DNA of 22,908 nt, from the NCBI GenBank assembly GCA_027031765.1, contig JALVPN010000218.1:1-22908 (forward strand), given 5' to 3'. A model generated the notes under the pieces. It had not been told where the DNA came from, ran no database searches, and saw nothing but the letters and a program-made list of their open reading frames with translations. How positions within the stretch are numbered: the first letter of the stretch is position 1; each line of letters opens with the position of its first letter. A program made the translations under genes and the position numbers. Positions 1-7,304 of the stretch are shown piece after piece. Origin of the DNA: Promethearchaeota archaeon. GTDB taxonomy: Archaea > Asgardarchaeota > Thorarchaeia > Thorarchaeales > Thorarchaeaceae.

Positions 1-76
1 GGCCGAGTTTGCAATACAGTCGCCGTACCCGGAGCCCGAAGAGGCGCTGGACGATGTCTTTGCGGAGGTGATATGA
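1..76 (+). CDS. pdhA: C-terminal fragment of 2-oxoacid/acetoin dehydrogenase E1 alpha subunit (partial, runs off the left edge)
   Basis: The frame from base 2 reads AEFAIQSPYPEPEEALDDVFAEVI* (TGA 74-76), a typical E1-alpha C-terminus (SPxPxPEExxxDV). The stop abuts the E1-beta start at 77. Confidence 0.8.
   Translation, partial: AEFAIQSPYPEPEEALDDVFAEVI
64..71 (+). promoter_or_regulatory. Shine-Dalgarno site for E1-beta
   Basis: GGAGGTGA lies 5 nt upstream of the TTG start at 77, inside the upstream CDS. Confidence 0.7.
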
Positions 77-1051
77 TTGCCAGTGATGACGTACCGGGAG
101 GCACTCCGCCAGGGCCTCCGTGAGGAGATGCTCAGGGACGAACGTGTGTTCCTCATGGGTGAGGACATCGGACGCAACTGGGGCGGCGCCTTCAAGGTCA
201 CAAAGGGCCTGGCCGAGGAGTTCGGCGACGAGCGTGTGCGTGACACCCCCATCTCCGAGAACACGATTGTGGGTGCTGCGGTCGGTGCGGCGATTACGGA
301 CATGCGCCCTGTGGCTGAGATAATGTTCGGCGACCTGATCACCTTGGCAATGGACCAGGTCTGCAACCAGGCTGCCAAGATGCGCTACATGTTTGGTGGC
401 CAGACATCGGTGCCACTGGTCATCCGGACGGTCTTTGGCGGTGGCAAGAACATAGCGTCACACCACTCTCAGAGCCTCGAGGCGTGGTTCATGCACACCC
501 CCGGTCTCAAGATTGCAGTCCCCGCCTTTGCGTATGATGTGAAGGGCCTCATCAAGACGGCCGTCCGTGACCCCGACCCCGTGATGTTCTTCGAGCACAA
601 ACTCGTCTACGACAAGAAGGAGGAGGTGCCTGAAGAGGAGTACCTCATCCCATTTGGGCAGGCGCGGGTCCGGAGAGAGGGCGACGACGTGACGGTCTGG
701 GGCACGTTCCTGATGCTCCACAAGGCCCTCGAGGTCGCAGAGGGACTTGCAAAGGAGGGCATCAGCGTCGAGGTGATTGACCCACGGACTCTGGCCCCGC
801 TCGACAAGACAACCCTCATCAACTCCGTAAAGAAGACCGGCCGCCTCGTGCTCGTCACTGAGGAGACGAGGACGGGTGCCACCACCGCCGAGGTCGCTGC
901 ACTGGTCCAGGAGGAGGCCTTTGACTGGCTCGATGCACCGATAAAGCGGGTCAACGCACCGGACACCCCGGTACCCTTCAGCCCACCGCTGGAACAGTTC
1001 TTCATCCCGGACAACAAGCGCATTGCAGAGGCCATCAGGAGCATTGTGTAG
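77..1051 (+). CDS. pdhB: 2-oxoacid/acetoin dehydrogenase E1 beta subunit (transketolase-like pyrimidine-binding and C-terminal domains)
   Basis: 324 aa with motifs TYREAL..EEM.RDERVFLMGEDIG, GGAFKVTKGL, RVRDTPISE, RPVAEIMF, HSQSLEAWF, PVMFFEHK, EVIDPRTLAPLD and PVPFSPPLE. Substrate (pyruvate, acetoin or branched-chain) cannot be resolved by eye. Confidence 0.93.
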   Translation: MPVMTYREALRQGLREEMLRDERVFLMGEDIGRNWGGAFKVTKGLAEEFGDERVRDTPISENTIVGAAVGAAITDMRPVAEIMFGDLITLAMDQVCNQAAKMRYMFGGQTSVPLVIRTVFGGGKNIASHHSQSLEAWFMHTPGLKIAVPAFAYDVKGLIKTAVRDPDPVMFFEHKLVYDKKEEVPEEEYLIPFGQARVRREGDDVTVWGTFLMLHKALEVAEGLAKEGISVEVIDPRTLAPLDKTTLINSVKKTGRLVLVTEETRTGATTAEVAALVQEEAFDWLDAPIKRVNAPDTPVPFSPPLEQFFIPDNKRIAEAIRSIV

Positions 1052-1207
1052 TCGGTCTGGCACGGCCACCACCAGATGCGTGGCCAGAGTGTCCAGGCAC
1101 CGCCCGTTGTCCCGGGCCTACATGGTTGCCCCATGACACAGCACTGGGCTGGCCACTGTCCCCCTCGCTCATCCCGGCCCACTGACGCCGGTATGCCTTG
1201 CAGTACC

Positions 1208-1215
1208 ATTAAATA
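1208..1215 (+). promoter_or_regulatory. Candidate TATA box upstream of E2
   Basis: ATTAAATA is the only AT-rich island in the GC-rich 231-bp gap between E1-beta and the E2 ATG at 1283. Confidence 0.4.
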
Positions 1216-1282
1216 CGGTGTACCTGCAACCCAGCCCGTTGCTGGCGACCAGTCGGTGACTCTCACTGTTGGGGTTCGTACA

Positions 1283-2509
1283 ATGGTCACAATAATGATC
1301 ATGCAGCGCATGAGTGTCGCGATGGAGTACGGCGTCATCCTGAAGTGGCTCAAGAAGGAGGGCGACCGTGTCAGGAAAGGCGAGCCCGTCGTCGAGGTGT
1401 TCGGCGAGAAGAGCGAGTTCGAGCTCGAAGCACCTGCCGACGGCGTCCTGTTGAAGATACTCTGTGATGTTGACGACGAGATCCCGATAAGCGAGCCCAT
1501 TGCAGTCATCGGTGAGGAGGGCGAGGAGGTGCCGGATGTGCGCCCGCGCAAGCTCTCTGCGGGCGTGCCAGCAGCAGCCACCCCCGGAGTCACAGCAGGG
1601 ACTACTGCCCCAGCAGCCACATCGGCCATACCCGGGGGCGCCCCACAGACAACCCCCCAGCCGACCAGCAGCAGGTTGCCCGGTGGTAGGATCCGTGCCT
1701 CACCACGTGCCCGCATGCGTGCCCGCGAGCTCGGAGTCGACCTCTCACAGGTCGTGGGCACCGGGCCGGGAGGACGCATTGTTGAACGTGATGTGGTCGC
1801 GTCCAGCCAGACTGTCGCTCCCGTGCAGGCCCGGGTCAGGAGTGTGGAGCCCCTGTCGCCACTGCGGCGCACCATTGCCCGGCGCATGACCCAGAGCTGG
1901 CAACACCCGCACATCACCATGATAACCGAGATTGACATGACCGAGGTCGTTGCCTTCCGCGAGGAGATCAACAGGGACTCTGATGTCAGGGTGTCGTTCA
2001 ATGACATTGTCATCAAGGCGGTCGCGGACACTCTGGAACGCTTCCCACGTTTCAACGCCACCCTCGTCGGTAATGAGCTGCACCTCTTAGATGACATCAA
2101 TATCGGTGTGGCAATGGCGACTGACGACGGCCTGATTGTCCCAGTGGTGCGGACTGCAAACAGGAAGACAATAACTGAGATTGCGCGCGAGACGAAGGAC
2201 CTGGGCCGTCGGGCCCGCGCAGGGACGCTACGTCCTGAAGAGCTTACCGGCAGCACCTTCACAGTATCTAACTTGGGGCCGTTCAGGGTGGACCTGTTCA
2301 TCCCGGTGGTCAACCCGCCCGAGACCGCAATCCTCGCACTCGGACAGATAAAGGAGAGACCGGTCGTCGTGGGCGGCTCCATTGAAGTCCGCCCGGTGAT
2401 GATGGCCAGCTGTGCTGTTGACCACCGCGTCCTTGACGGTGCACCAGTCGGACAGTTCCTCGCAGCCCTGAAGGACTACCTTGAGAACCCATACTTCATG
2501 TCGGTATAG
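1283..2509 (+). CDS. pdhC: Dihydrolipoamide acyltransferase E2 (lipoyl domain, E3-binding domain, catalytic domain)
   Basis: Start moved from 1076 to ATG 1283, where the lipoyl domain begins (MVTIMIMQRMSVAMEYGVILKWLKKEGDRVRKGEPVVEVFGEK...EAPADG). A Pro/Ala/Thr linker, the PSBD (ASPRARMRARELGVDLSQVVGTGPGGRIVERDV) and the catalytic DHRVLDG motif follow. Confidence 0.93.
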   Translation: MVTIMIMQRMSVAMEYGVILKWLKKEGDRVRKGEPVVEVFGEKSEFELEAPADGVLLKILCDVDDEIPISEPIAVIGEEGEEVPDVRPRKLSAGVPAAATPGVTAGTTAPAATSAIPGGAPQTTPQPTSSRLPGGRIRASPRARMRARELGVDLSQVVGTGPGGRIVERDVVASSQTVAPVQARVRSVEPLSPLRRTIARRMTQSWQHPHITMITEIDMTEVVAFREEINRDSDVRVSFNDIVIKAVADTLERFPRFNATLVGNELHLLDDINIGVAMATDDGLIVPVVRTANRKTITEIARETKDLGRRARAGTLRPEELTGSTFTVSNLGPFRVDLFIPVVNPPETAILALGQIKERPVVVGGSIEVRPVMMASCAVDHRVLDGAPVGQFLAALKDYLENPYFMSV

Positions 2510-2599
2510 GGACCGGGACTTGGCGTCCTCGCACGACCCAGCCTGCAAACGTGTGTGGCGCCCCGCACGGGCTGATACTGTGTACCTTTATTAGGCACT

Positions 2600-2730
2600 G
2601 TGTAGGACTTACACTCGGCGTGGCAGTCCAATCTGCCATGCCAGACTCGCAACAAGCGACATCTGCTCACCTCTCTTTGGGAGACCCCAAAGGGCCTCTG
2701 CCGGCGCGGATACTTCCGACGTCGGCAGAG
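2600..2730 (+). ncRNA. Candidate structured RNA element (run of hairpins) between E2 and lplA
   Basis: Consecutive stems at 2600-2614, 2617-2642 (10 bp), 2647-2659, 2673-2694 and 2696-2730 (15 bp with one bulge). The wobble pairs are G-U only on the + strand. No family recognised. Confidence 0.4.
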
Positions 2731-2813
2731 AATTCCCTACTCATTTCTGAAACAGTTAAGTACACAACGGAGGGCGTAGTGGCCAGTGCACAGTGTTGTT
2801 GCTGGTGGTGTAG

Positions 2814-3632
2814 TTGCGGTGCAGCCCATGGCGACTGATTGATGAGGGCACAGGTGACATATTCTACAACCTTTCAGTGGAGGAGGCACTTGCCCGGGCC
2901 AACGCAGAGCGGGTGGAGAAGGAGAACACGCTCCGCCTCTGGATGTCGCGTTCTGCAGTGGTGCTGGGCCGGTTCCAGTGTGTCCACAAGGAGGTCAACC
3001 TCGTGTACTGTACGGATCACGGTGTGGCGGTTGCACGACGGTTCACAGGTGGCGGGACAGTGTACCACGACCCAGGAAACCTCAACTTCACAGTCTGCGT
3101 TGACCAGCATGAGCCGTATGTCACACGGACGCTCCCCGAACTGTACTGGAACTTTGTGGGGGCCATCAGCAGGGGTCTGCAGCAGGTCGGTGTACCGGCG
3201 GTCTACGATGCAGAACGGTCATGCATGCGCATCCACGGCCGCAAGGTCTCCGGGATTGCTGGGTGGGTCAAGCGTGGGGTCGCCTTCATCCATGGCACCC
3301 TCCTCGTGGACTCCGACCTTGACCGCCTGCATCATTGTCTTGACGTCCCCCCCGGACAGCCGGTATACGCCCGGCCGGACAGCAAGGTGCGCTGCCTTGA
3401 GAGCAAGCGCGACATCGTGACGACCATTGCACGCGAGCTCGGTTCAACCCTGTCACTCGACGACATCAAGCATGCAGTCATTGCGGGCATCTGCGGTTTC
3501 ACTGGCTGTGTCATCGAGCCCGACACCCTGACCCCTGATGAACGCCAGCTTGCAGAGGCTTTATATCGTGACCGCTACAGCCACCCCGAGTGGAACCTGG
3601 GAGTTCCAGTCCGAGACCAACTGACACAGTGA
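2814..3632 (+). CDS. lplA: Lipoate-protein ligase A family protein (BPL/LplA/LipB catalytic domain only)
   Basis: WRLID, YNLSVEEAL, TLRLW, AVVLGRFQ, RRFTGGGTVYHDPGNLNF, GRKVSG, HGTLL and terminal Y..PEWNLG motifs. TTG start. BRE/TATA-like GAAACAGTTAAGTA at about 2749-2762. Confidence 0.9.
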   Translation: MRCSPWRLIDEGTGDIFYNLSVEEALARANAERVEKENTLRLWMSRSAVVLGRFQCVHKEVNLVYCTDHGVAVARRFTGGGTVYHDPGNLNFTVCVDQHEPYVTRTLPELYWNFVGAISRGLQQVGVPAVYDAERSCMRIHGRKVSGIAGWVKRGVAFIHGTLLVDSDLDRLHHCLDVPPGQPVYARPDSKVRCLESKRDIVTTIARELGSTLSLDDIKHAVIAGICGFTGCVIEPDTLTPDERQLAEALYRDRYSHPEWNLGVPVRDQLTQ

Positions 3633-3643
3633 GCTGAGTCGAG

Positions 3644-3991
3644 ATGCCAGAGGACGTCGAGAAGATTCTCAAGAGCTTTCAGAGGCACTTCGGGGCCCTC
3701 AACCGTGACATCCCGGACACGCGGAACGCATACATCGAGCTGATAAAGACCGTACACCGTGACGGTGCGCTGCCCGCGAAGATAAAGGAGATCATGTGCA
3801 TTGTCGCATCAATACTCGCACCATGCGAGTCGTGCATGGTCTATCACACAAAGCAGGCGCTCGCTGCGGGTGCCACCCGTGAGGAGATCATGGAGGGCTG
3901 TGCCGTCGCCATTGTGATGGGGGGTGGTCCTGCGGCGTCACACATCGCTGTTGTGCAGGACTGCCTTGACAAGTGGGCCCCTAGACGTTGA
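3644..3991 (+). CDS. Carboxymuconolactone decarboxylase / AhpD-like protein
   Basis: 115 aa: GALPAKIKEIM..., CxxC (CESC)xxYH, ALAAGATREEI.E...VA.VMGGGPA. Confidence 0.85.
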   Translation: MPEDVEKILKSFQRHFGALNRDIPDTRNAYIELIKTVHRDGALPAKIKEIMCIVASILAPCESCMVYHTKQALAAGATREEIMEGCAVAIVMGGGPAASHIAVVQDCLDKWAPRR

Positions 3992-4328
3992 CAAAGTCGC
4001 GGACGCAGAGGAACTTGACCGGTGTGTCGCCCTCGTTCATGAACTGGTGTGACTCGCCACCGGCAATGTGGATGACGTCCCCCGGCCCGAGTTCAATACG
4101 CTCCCCCTGGACGACGACGGTCACCCGACCACGGAGCACATACACCCCATGTTCGTGTTGGTGTGTGTCCATCGAGGTGTGCCCACCCGGCTCTATGATG
4201 TAGGCCCTGAGCGCAAAGCCCCTCGTCGAGTTCTCAGGGTGCAACATCCTGTGTCTTCGTACTCCCTTCACCCCGTCACCACCGAGCGGCACGTAGTCCT
4301 CCGGTGGTACGTCCCTTGTCAAGTACAC
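3981..4328 (-). CDS. Cupin-domain protein
   Basis: Cupin motif 1 (GGHTSMDTHQHEHGVYVLRG) and motif 2 (GPGDVIHIAGGESHQFMN). GTG start. Overlaps the CMD gene end by 11 nt convergently. Confidence 0.85.
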   Translation of the reverse strand: MYLTRDVPPEDYVPLGGDGVKGVRRHRMLHPENSTRGFALRAYIIEPGGHTSMDTHQHEHGVYVLRGRVTVVVQGERIELGPGDVIHIAGGESHQFMNEGDTPVKFLCVRDFVNV

Positions 4329-4335
4329 CGTGTTC

Positions 4336-5382
4336 TCAGCCCCCCATCTCTGTGAACAACACCTTGATTGCCTGTTGAGACTCCATCAGTCCGAAGCCAC
4401 GTTCCCACTCCACAAGCGACAGCCGGTGCGTGATCAACGGTCCCACATGGATTCGGCCCGACCCCAACAGCCTGAGTGTTGTGACCCACGAGGACGGGAC
4501 GGTCCCCCATGTGCCCGTCATCGTCAGCTCCTTCTCAATCATCCTGTCGAGGCGCAGCCGAGTATCACTCCCCTGCACTCCCACCAGGACCACACGGCCA
4601 GCGGTCCTGACAAACTCAAGTGCCTGCTCCCGTGCAGCCCCTGCCCCTGAGGCCTCGACCACTACATCAGCACCAATGCCGTCGGTCTCTGCCAGCACGG
4701 TACCGACCGGGTCGCTCTCTGCCTGCACGTCGATGGTGATATCTGCACCGGTCTTACGCGCGACCTCGAGTCGCCAGGCGTCGGAGGTGACGCCGGTCAC
4801 AATCACCTTCGCCGCTCCCATGGCCTTTGCCACTTGGAGCGCCAGGAGTCCCATCGTCCCGGGGCCTTGTACCACCACATTCTCGCCCGGGCGTACGGTG
4901 CTGGCCTCGACCAGTGCATGCACCACACATGCCATTGGCTCTGCGAGGGCTGCATGCTCCAAGTCGACTCCCTTGGGTACCAGGTGTACTATGTACTCTG
5001 GTACGACCACATACTCTGCGAATGCACCATTGGCGCGTGAAACACCAAGGATGCGTTTGTCAGGTGCCGTGCAACGGTTGACATGACCTGTCATGCACTG
5101 GTAACACTGTCCGCAATACGCAGTGGCCGGGGACACCACCCTGTCGCCCACCGATACCCTCGTGACATCAGCCCCGACCTCGACCACGACGCCGGAGTAC
5201 TCGTGTCCAAGGATCACTGGTGGCGTATAGAATGTGGTGTCGTGCCGGATGTGGACATCCGAACCGCATATCCCAGCTGCAGAGACCTGTACCAGCACCT
5301 CCTTGGGACCAGGGCGTGGGGCGTCCACTTCAACAAGCTCGAGTCTTCCCGGGCCACGACCTGTCTTCATCAGTCCGAGCAA
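4336..5382 (-). CDS. Zinc-dependent medium-chain alcohol/polyol dehydrogenase (MDR family)
   Basis: Catalytic Zn motifs GICGSDVH and GHEYSG, structural Zn CGQCYQC...C, and NAD-binding GPGTMG. Confidence 0.92.
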   Translation of the reverse strand: MLGLMKTGRGPGRLELVEVDAPRPGPKEVLVQVSAAGICGSDVHIRHDTTFYTPPVILGHEYSGVVVEVGADVTRVSVGDRVVSPATAYCGQCYQCMTGHVNRCTAPDKRILGVSRANGAFAEYVVVPEYIVHLVPKGVDLEHAALAEPMACVVHALVEASTVRPGENVVVQGPGTMGLLALQVAKAMGAAKVIVTGVTSDAWRLEVARKTGADITIDVQAESDPVGTVLAETDGIGADVVVEASGAGAAREQALEFVRTAGRVVLVGVQGSDTRLRLDRMIEKELTMTGTWGTVPSSWVTTLRLLGSGRIHVGPLITHRLSLVEWERGFGLMESQQAIKVLFTEMGG

Positions 5383-5416
5383 CGGTCATCTCTCACCCAG
5401 TCGGCGCCGGGTACTA

Positions 5417-5424
5417 CTTATAAT
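5417..5424 (-). promoter_or_regulatory. TATA box for the MDR-cupin operon
   Basis: ATTATAAG on the minus strand about 35-42 nt upstream of the TTG at 5382. The identical octamer occurs upstream of acpS. Confidence 0.55.
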
Positions 5425-5486
5425 GTTGCCCCGACGGGCCAGTGCTTGGGGTCCCGCATACAGGTGCTGCCCCTGATGCTGGGCGT

Positions 5487-5834
5487 CTACGCGGTGTTCC
5501 GTCGGGCTGCTGACCGGGCCTGTGTGACTGTTGAGGTGTCCGTAGGTGTGTGGTGTCCTTGGTCGCTGTCTATCAGTGCAAAGAAGCCGGGCGGCTCGGC
5601 GCCTTGGTCAATGGTCACTACACGGTAGTTGAACCCGGCACTGCGGCGCACTGATGCGGCAACCGTGGCCCCAGCAAAACGAGTCCGCACATGTGCCCTG
5701 GCACCAATCCATATGTAGACAATCTTTGCGCAGCCGTCCACCACACAGTAGACCTTTGTTTCCTCCAAACTCCTCCTGCTAACGTCGGTCTCTGCATAGG
5801 TGCCATCATCAAGTACAAGGAGTCCGTGGGTCAT
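5487..5834 (-). CDS. Single-domain gelsolin-like protein (Asgard ProGel-like eukaryotic signature protein)
   Basis: From ATG 5834 (115 aa): ...LDDG...SLEETKVYCVVDGCAKIVYIWIGARAHVRTRFAGATVAASVRR...RVVTIDQGAEPPGFFALI. This matches the gelsolin repeat pattern (L-x-S/E..vyilD...iyiWxG...helix...v-x-x-i-x-Q/E-G-x-E-P-x-x-F). Confidence 0.75.
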   Translation of the reverse strand: MTHGLLVLDDGTYAETDVSRRSLEETKVYCVVDGCAKIVYIWIGARAHVRTRFAGATVAASVRRSAGFNYRVVTIDQGAEPPGFFALIDSDQGHHTPTDTSTVTQARSAARRNTA

Positions 5835-5918
5835 GGGCTTCCTCTGCCTGCTCCCACTGGGTAGGGAGCCACATGCTTTGTAGCCGTATTGGCCTCTGAG
5901 GTGCACTGCGACGTGGCG

Positions 5919-5926
5919 TTTTAAAA
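5919..5926 (-). promoter_or_regulatory. Candidate TATA box (palindromic TTTTAAAA) upstream of the gelsolin-like gene
   Basis: An isolated AT island about 85 nt upstream of ATG 5834. It argues against the longer start at 5966. Confidence 0.45.
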
Positions 5927-6144
5927 TGTTACGGGAGTCCCACATGTGGGACAGCAGTCGCGGCAAATACTTCCTGTGCGTATTGGGCTATGGCAGACGC
6001 CTTGCAGCCGCAAGACTGCACGATTTCCGGACAAGGGTGGACTCCTGTGAGCCACGTCGTGCCCGGCTACCTGGGCCCGCCGTTGCCGTTCCTGTGGGAC
6101 TCCTCCGTGTTCCAGGTCACATGCACTGGGCTGTTCGCTCTCTC

Positions 6145-6513
6145 TCAGAGCCGTTCCAATGTGGCCCGTACCGTTGCACCACAATACGAGCAGCGGGCCT
6201 CTAGCGGGCCGACCCAGTCTATACCCTCGTGGGAGAGGGCTGCATTGCATGAGGGGCACCGTTCCGGAATCCTGACCATCCTTATGTCCGAGCCATCGGT
6301 CGTTGTTCTTTCCACAGCCGGTCTGGGCATGAACCTTGATGGCATTGCCACGGTGGTCATACGTTCTGCCACCGTTCCAGCCTTGCACACTGTGCGGACT
6401 ATCACAATGACCACAATTGTTCCGAACACTATCGTGAGTACAGGGACAACAATGAAGAACATCTTGGCGAAGTCCCAGATCTCCTGAAAGGACGGGGGCA
6501 TCTGTGCTAGCAC
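6145..6513 (-). CDS. Membrane-anchored zinc-ribbon protein (N-terminal TM helix, two CxxC motifs)
   Basis: Hydrophobic FFIVVPVLTIVFGTIVVIVIV followed by CPSC...WVGP...CSYCG. Start is GTG 6513 or ATG 6501. Confidence 0.75.
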   Translation of the reverse strand: MLAQMPPSFQEIWDFAKMFFIVVPVLTIVFGTIVVIVIVRTVCKAGTVAERMTTVAMPSRFMPRPAVERTTTDGSDIRMVRIPERCPSCNAALSHEGIDWVGPLEARCSYCGATVRATLERL

Positions 6514-6725
6514 TGTCGCTGCCTCAACAGCCCCCTGTCATCAGCCCTTTTTACCTTGTTGCTTCCGCAGGCCCGCCCGCCGCGTGAGTGGCACTGCGCA
6601 CGCCACCAGTGATTCGACTGTTCTCCGACCACTCCTGCCGGCGTCGGTGGCGTGTCAGCTGGTGCTCCTGTACTTGGTACTGGCCTGAGCCGTCCCCAGT
6701 ACGTGTGTGGGGTTTCTTCACAACG

Positions 6726-6773
6726 TATAAATTGTACCTGACGGGACATGCCTAGAGCGAATACCATGGAGGT
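6726..6773 (+). promoter_or_regulatory. TATA box and Shine-Dalgarno site for the 6785 gene
   Basis: TATAAAT at 6726-6732 and GGAGGT at 6768-6773. Confidence 0.5.
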
Positions 6774-6784
6774 ATACCACCAAC

Positions 6785-7144
6785 ATGCCAATCCCAGCCT
6801 TTCTGCTCAGGAAACTCTATGTCAAGGGCAGTCTTCAAAACGTTGATGATGGCTTTGAGTTCAGGCTCAAGAACCGGCTCTCGAACAGCACTGCTGTGGC
6901 CATGAGCCCAGTCCGCGTGGACGACAAGGAGTACCCGCTGGACAGCACCACCGTGCGCTACGATGATGAAGTGTACAATGCAGGTGAGATTTCAGAGTCC
7001 TCGCCGTTCCCAATCCGTCTGAACGAGGAGATAACAGTCCACATCGCTGGCGAGCAGCTCTCCCCGGGTGAGCACAAGATATACATCGAGCTGAAGACAA
7101 GAGAGGTCGGCCAGGTCGGCTTTGACGTCGAAGACAGCATCTAG
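6785..7144 (+). CDS. Small acidic beta-sandwich protein; resembles DUF6379-like domains and the N-terminal extra domain of some HMG-CoA reductases
   Basis: 119 aa with its own TATA and SD. KLYVKGSLQNVDDGFEFRLKNRL...GEHKIYIELKT...GFDVEDSI. The CDS is well supported; the family assignment is from memory only. Confidence 0.7.
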   Translation: MPIPAFLLRKLYVKGSLQNVDDGFEFRLKNRLSNSTAVAMSPVRVDDKEYPLDSTTVRYDDEVYNAGEISESSPFPIRLNEEITVHIAGEQLSPGEHKIYIELKTREVGQVGFDVEDSI

Positions 7145-7304
7145 TACGTACTTGTGTGCATGAGGGGGCTGCAGGACAGCCATGTCACTCTGGTCCGTCC
7201 GGTGCATGCCGTGTGCCCCCACATCTGTGGCCTGTGTCGTTGTTGCTGGGGTGGGCCTCGCCACTGGTGTCTGTGGGATGCCGCCCCACGCCCGGTCTCA
7301 GACA

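Noticed and set aside
1076-1282. 69-aa N-terminal extension of E2 in the ORF track
   Set aside because: It is low-quality sequence upstream of the lipoyl domain and contains a TATA-like island at 1208-1215. ATG 1283 fits the domain start.
607-2382. 591-aa minus-strand ORF
   Set aside because: It is an antisense shadow of E1-beta/E2 with Ser/Thr/Arg-rich, motif-less translation, as expected in GC-rich DNA.
5990-6487. 165-aa plus-strand ORF with a hydrophobic tail
   Set aside because: It overlaps the minus-strand TM/zinc-ribbon gene, which has clear paired CxxC motifs.
6599-6654. 9-bp inverted repeat CACGCCACC/GGTGGCGTG in the divergent intergenic region
   Set aside because: It is a single GC-rich stem with a 38-nt loop, plausible by chance at this GC content, with no supporting promoter or terminator geometry.
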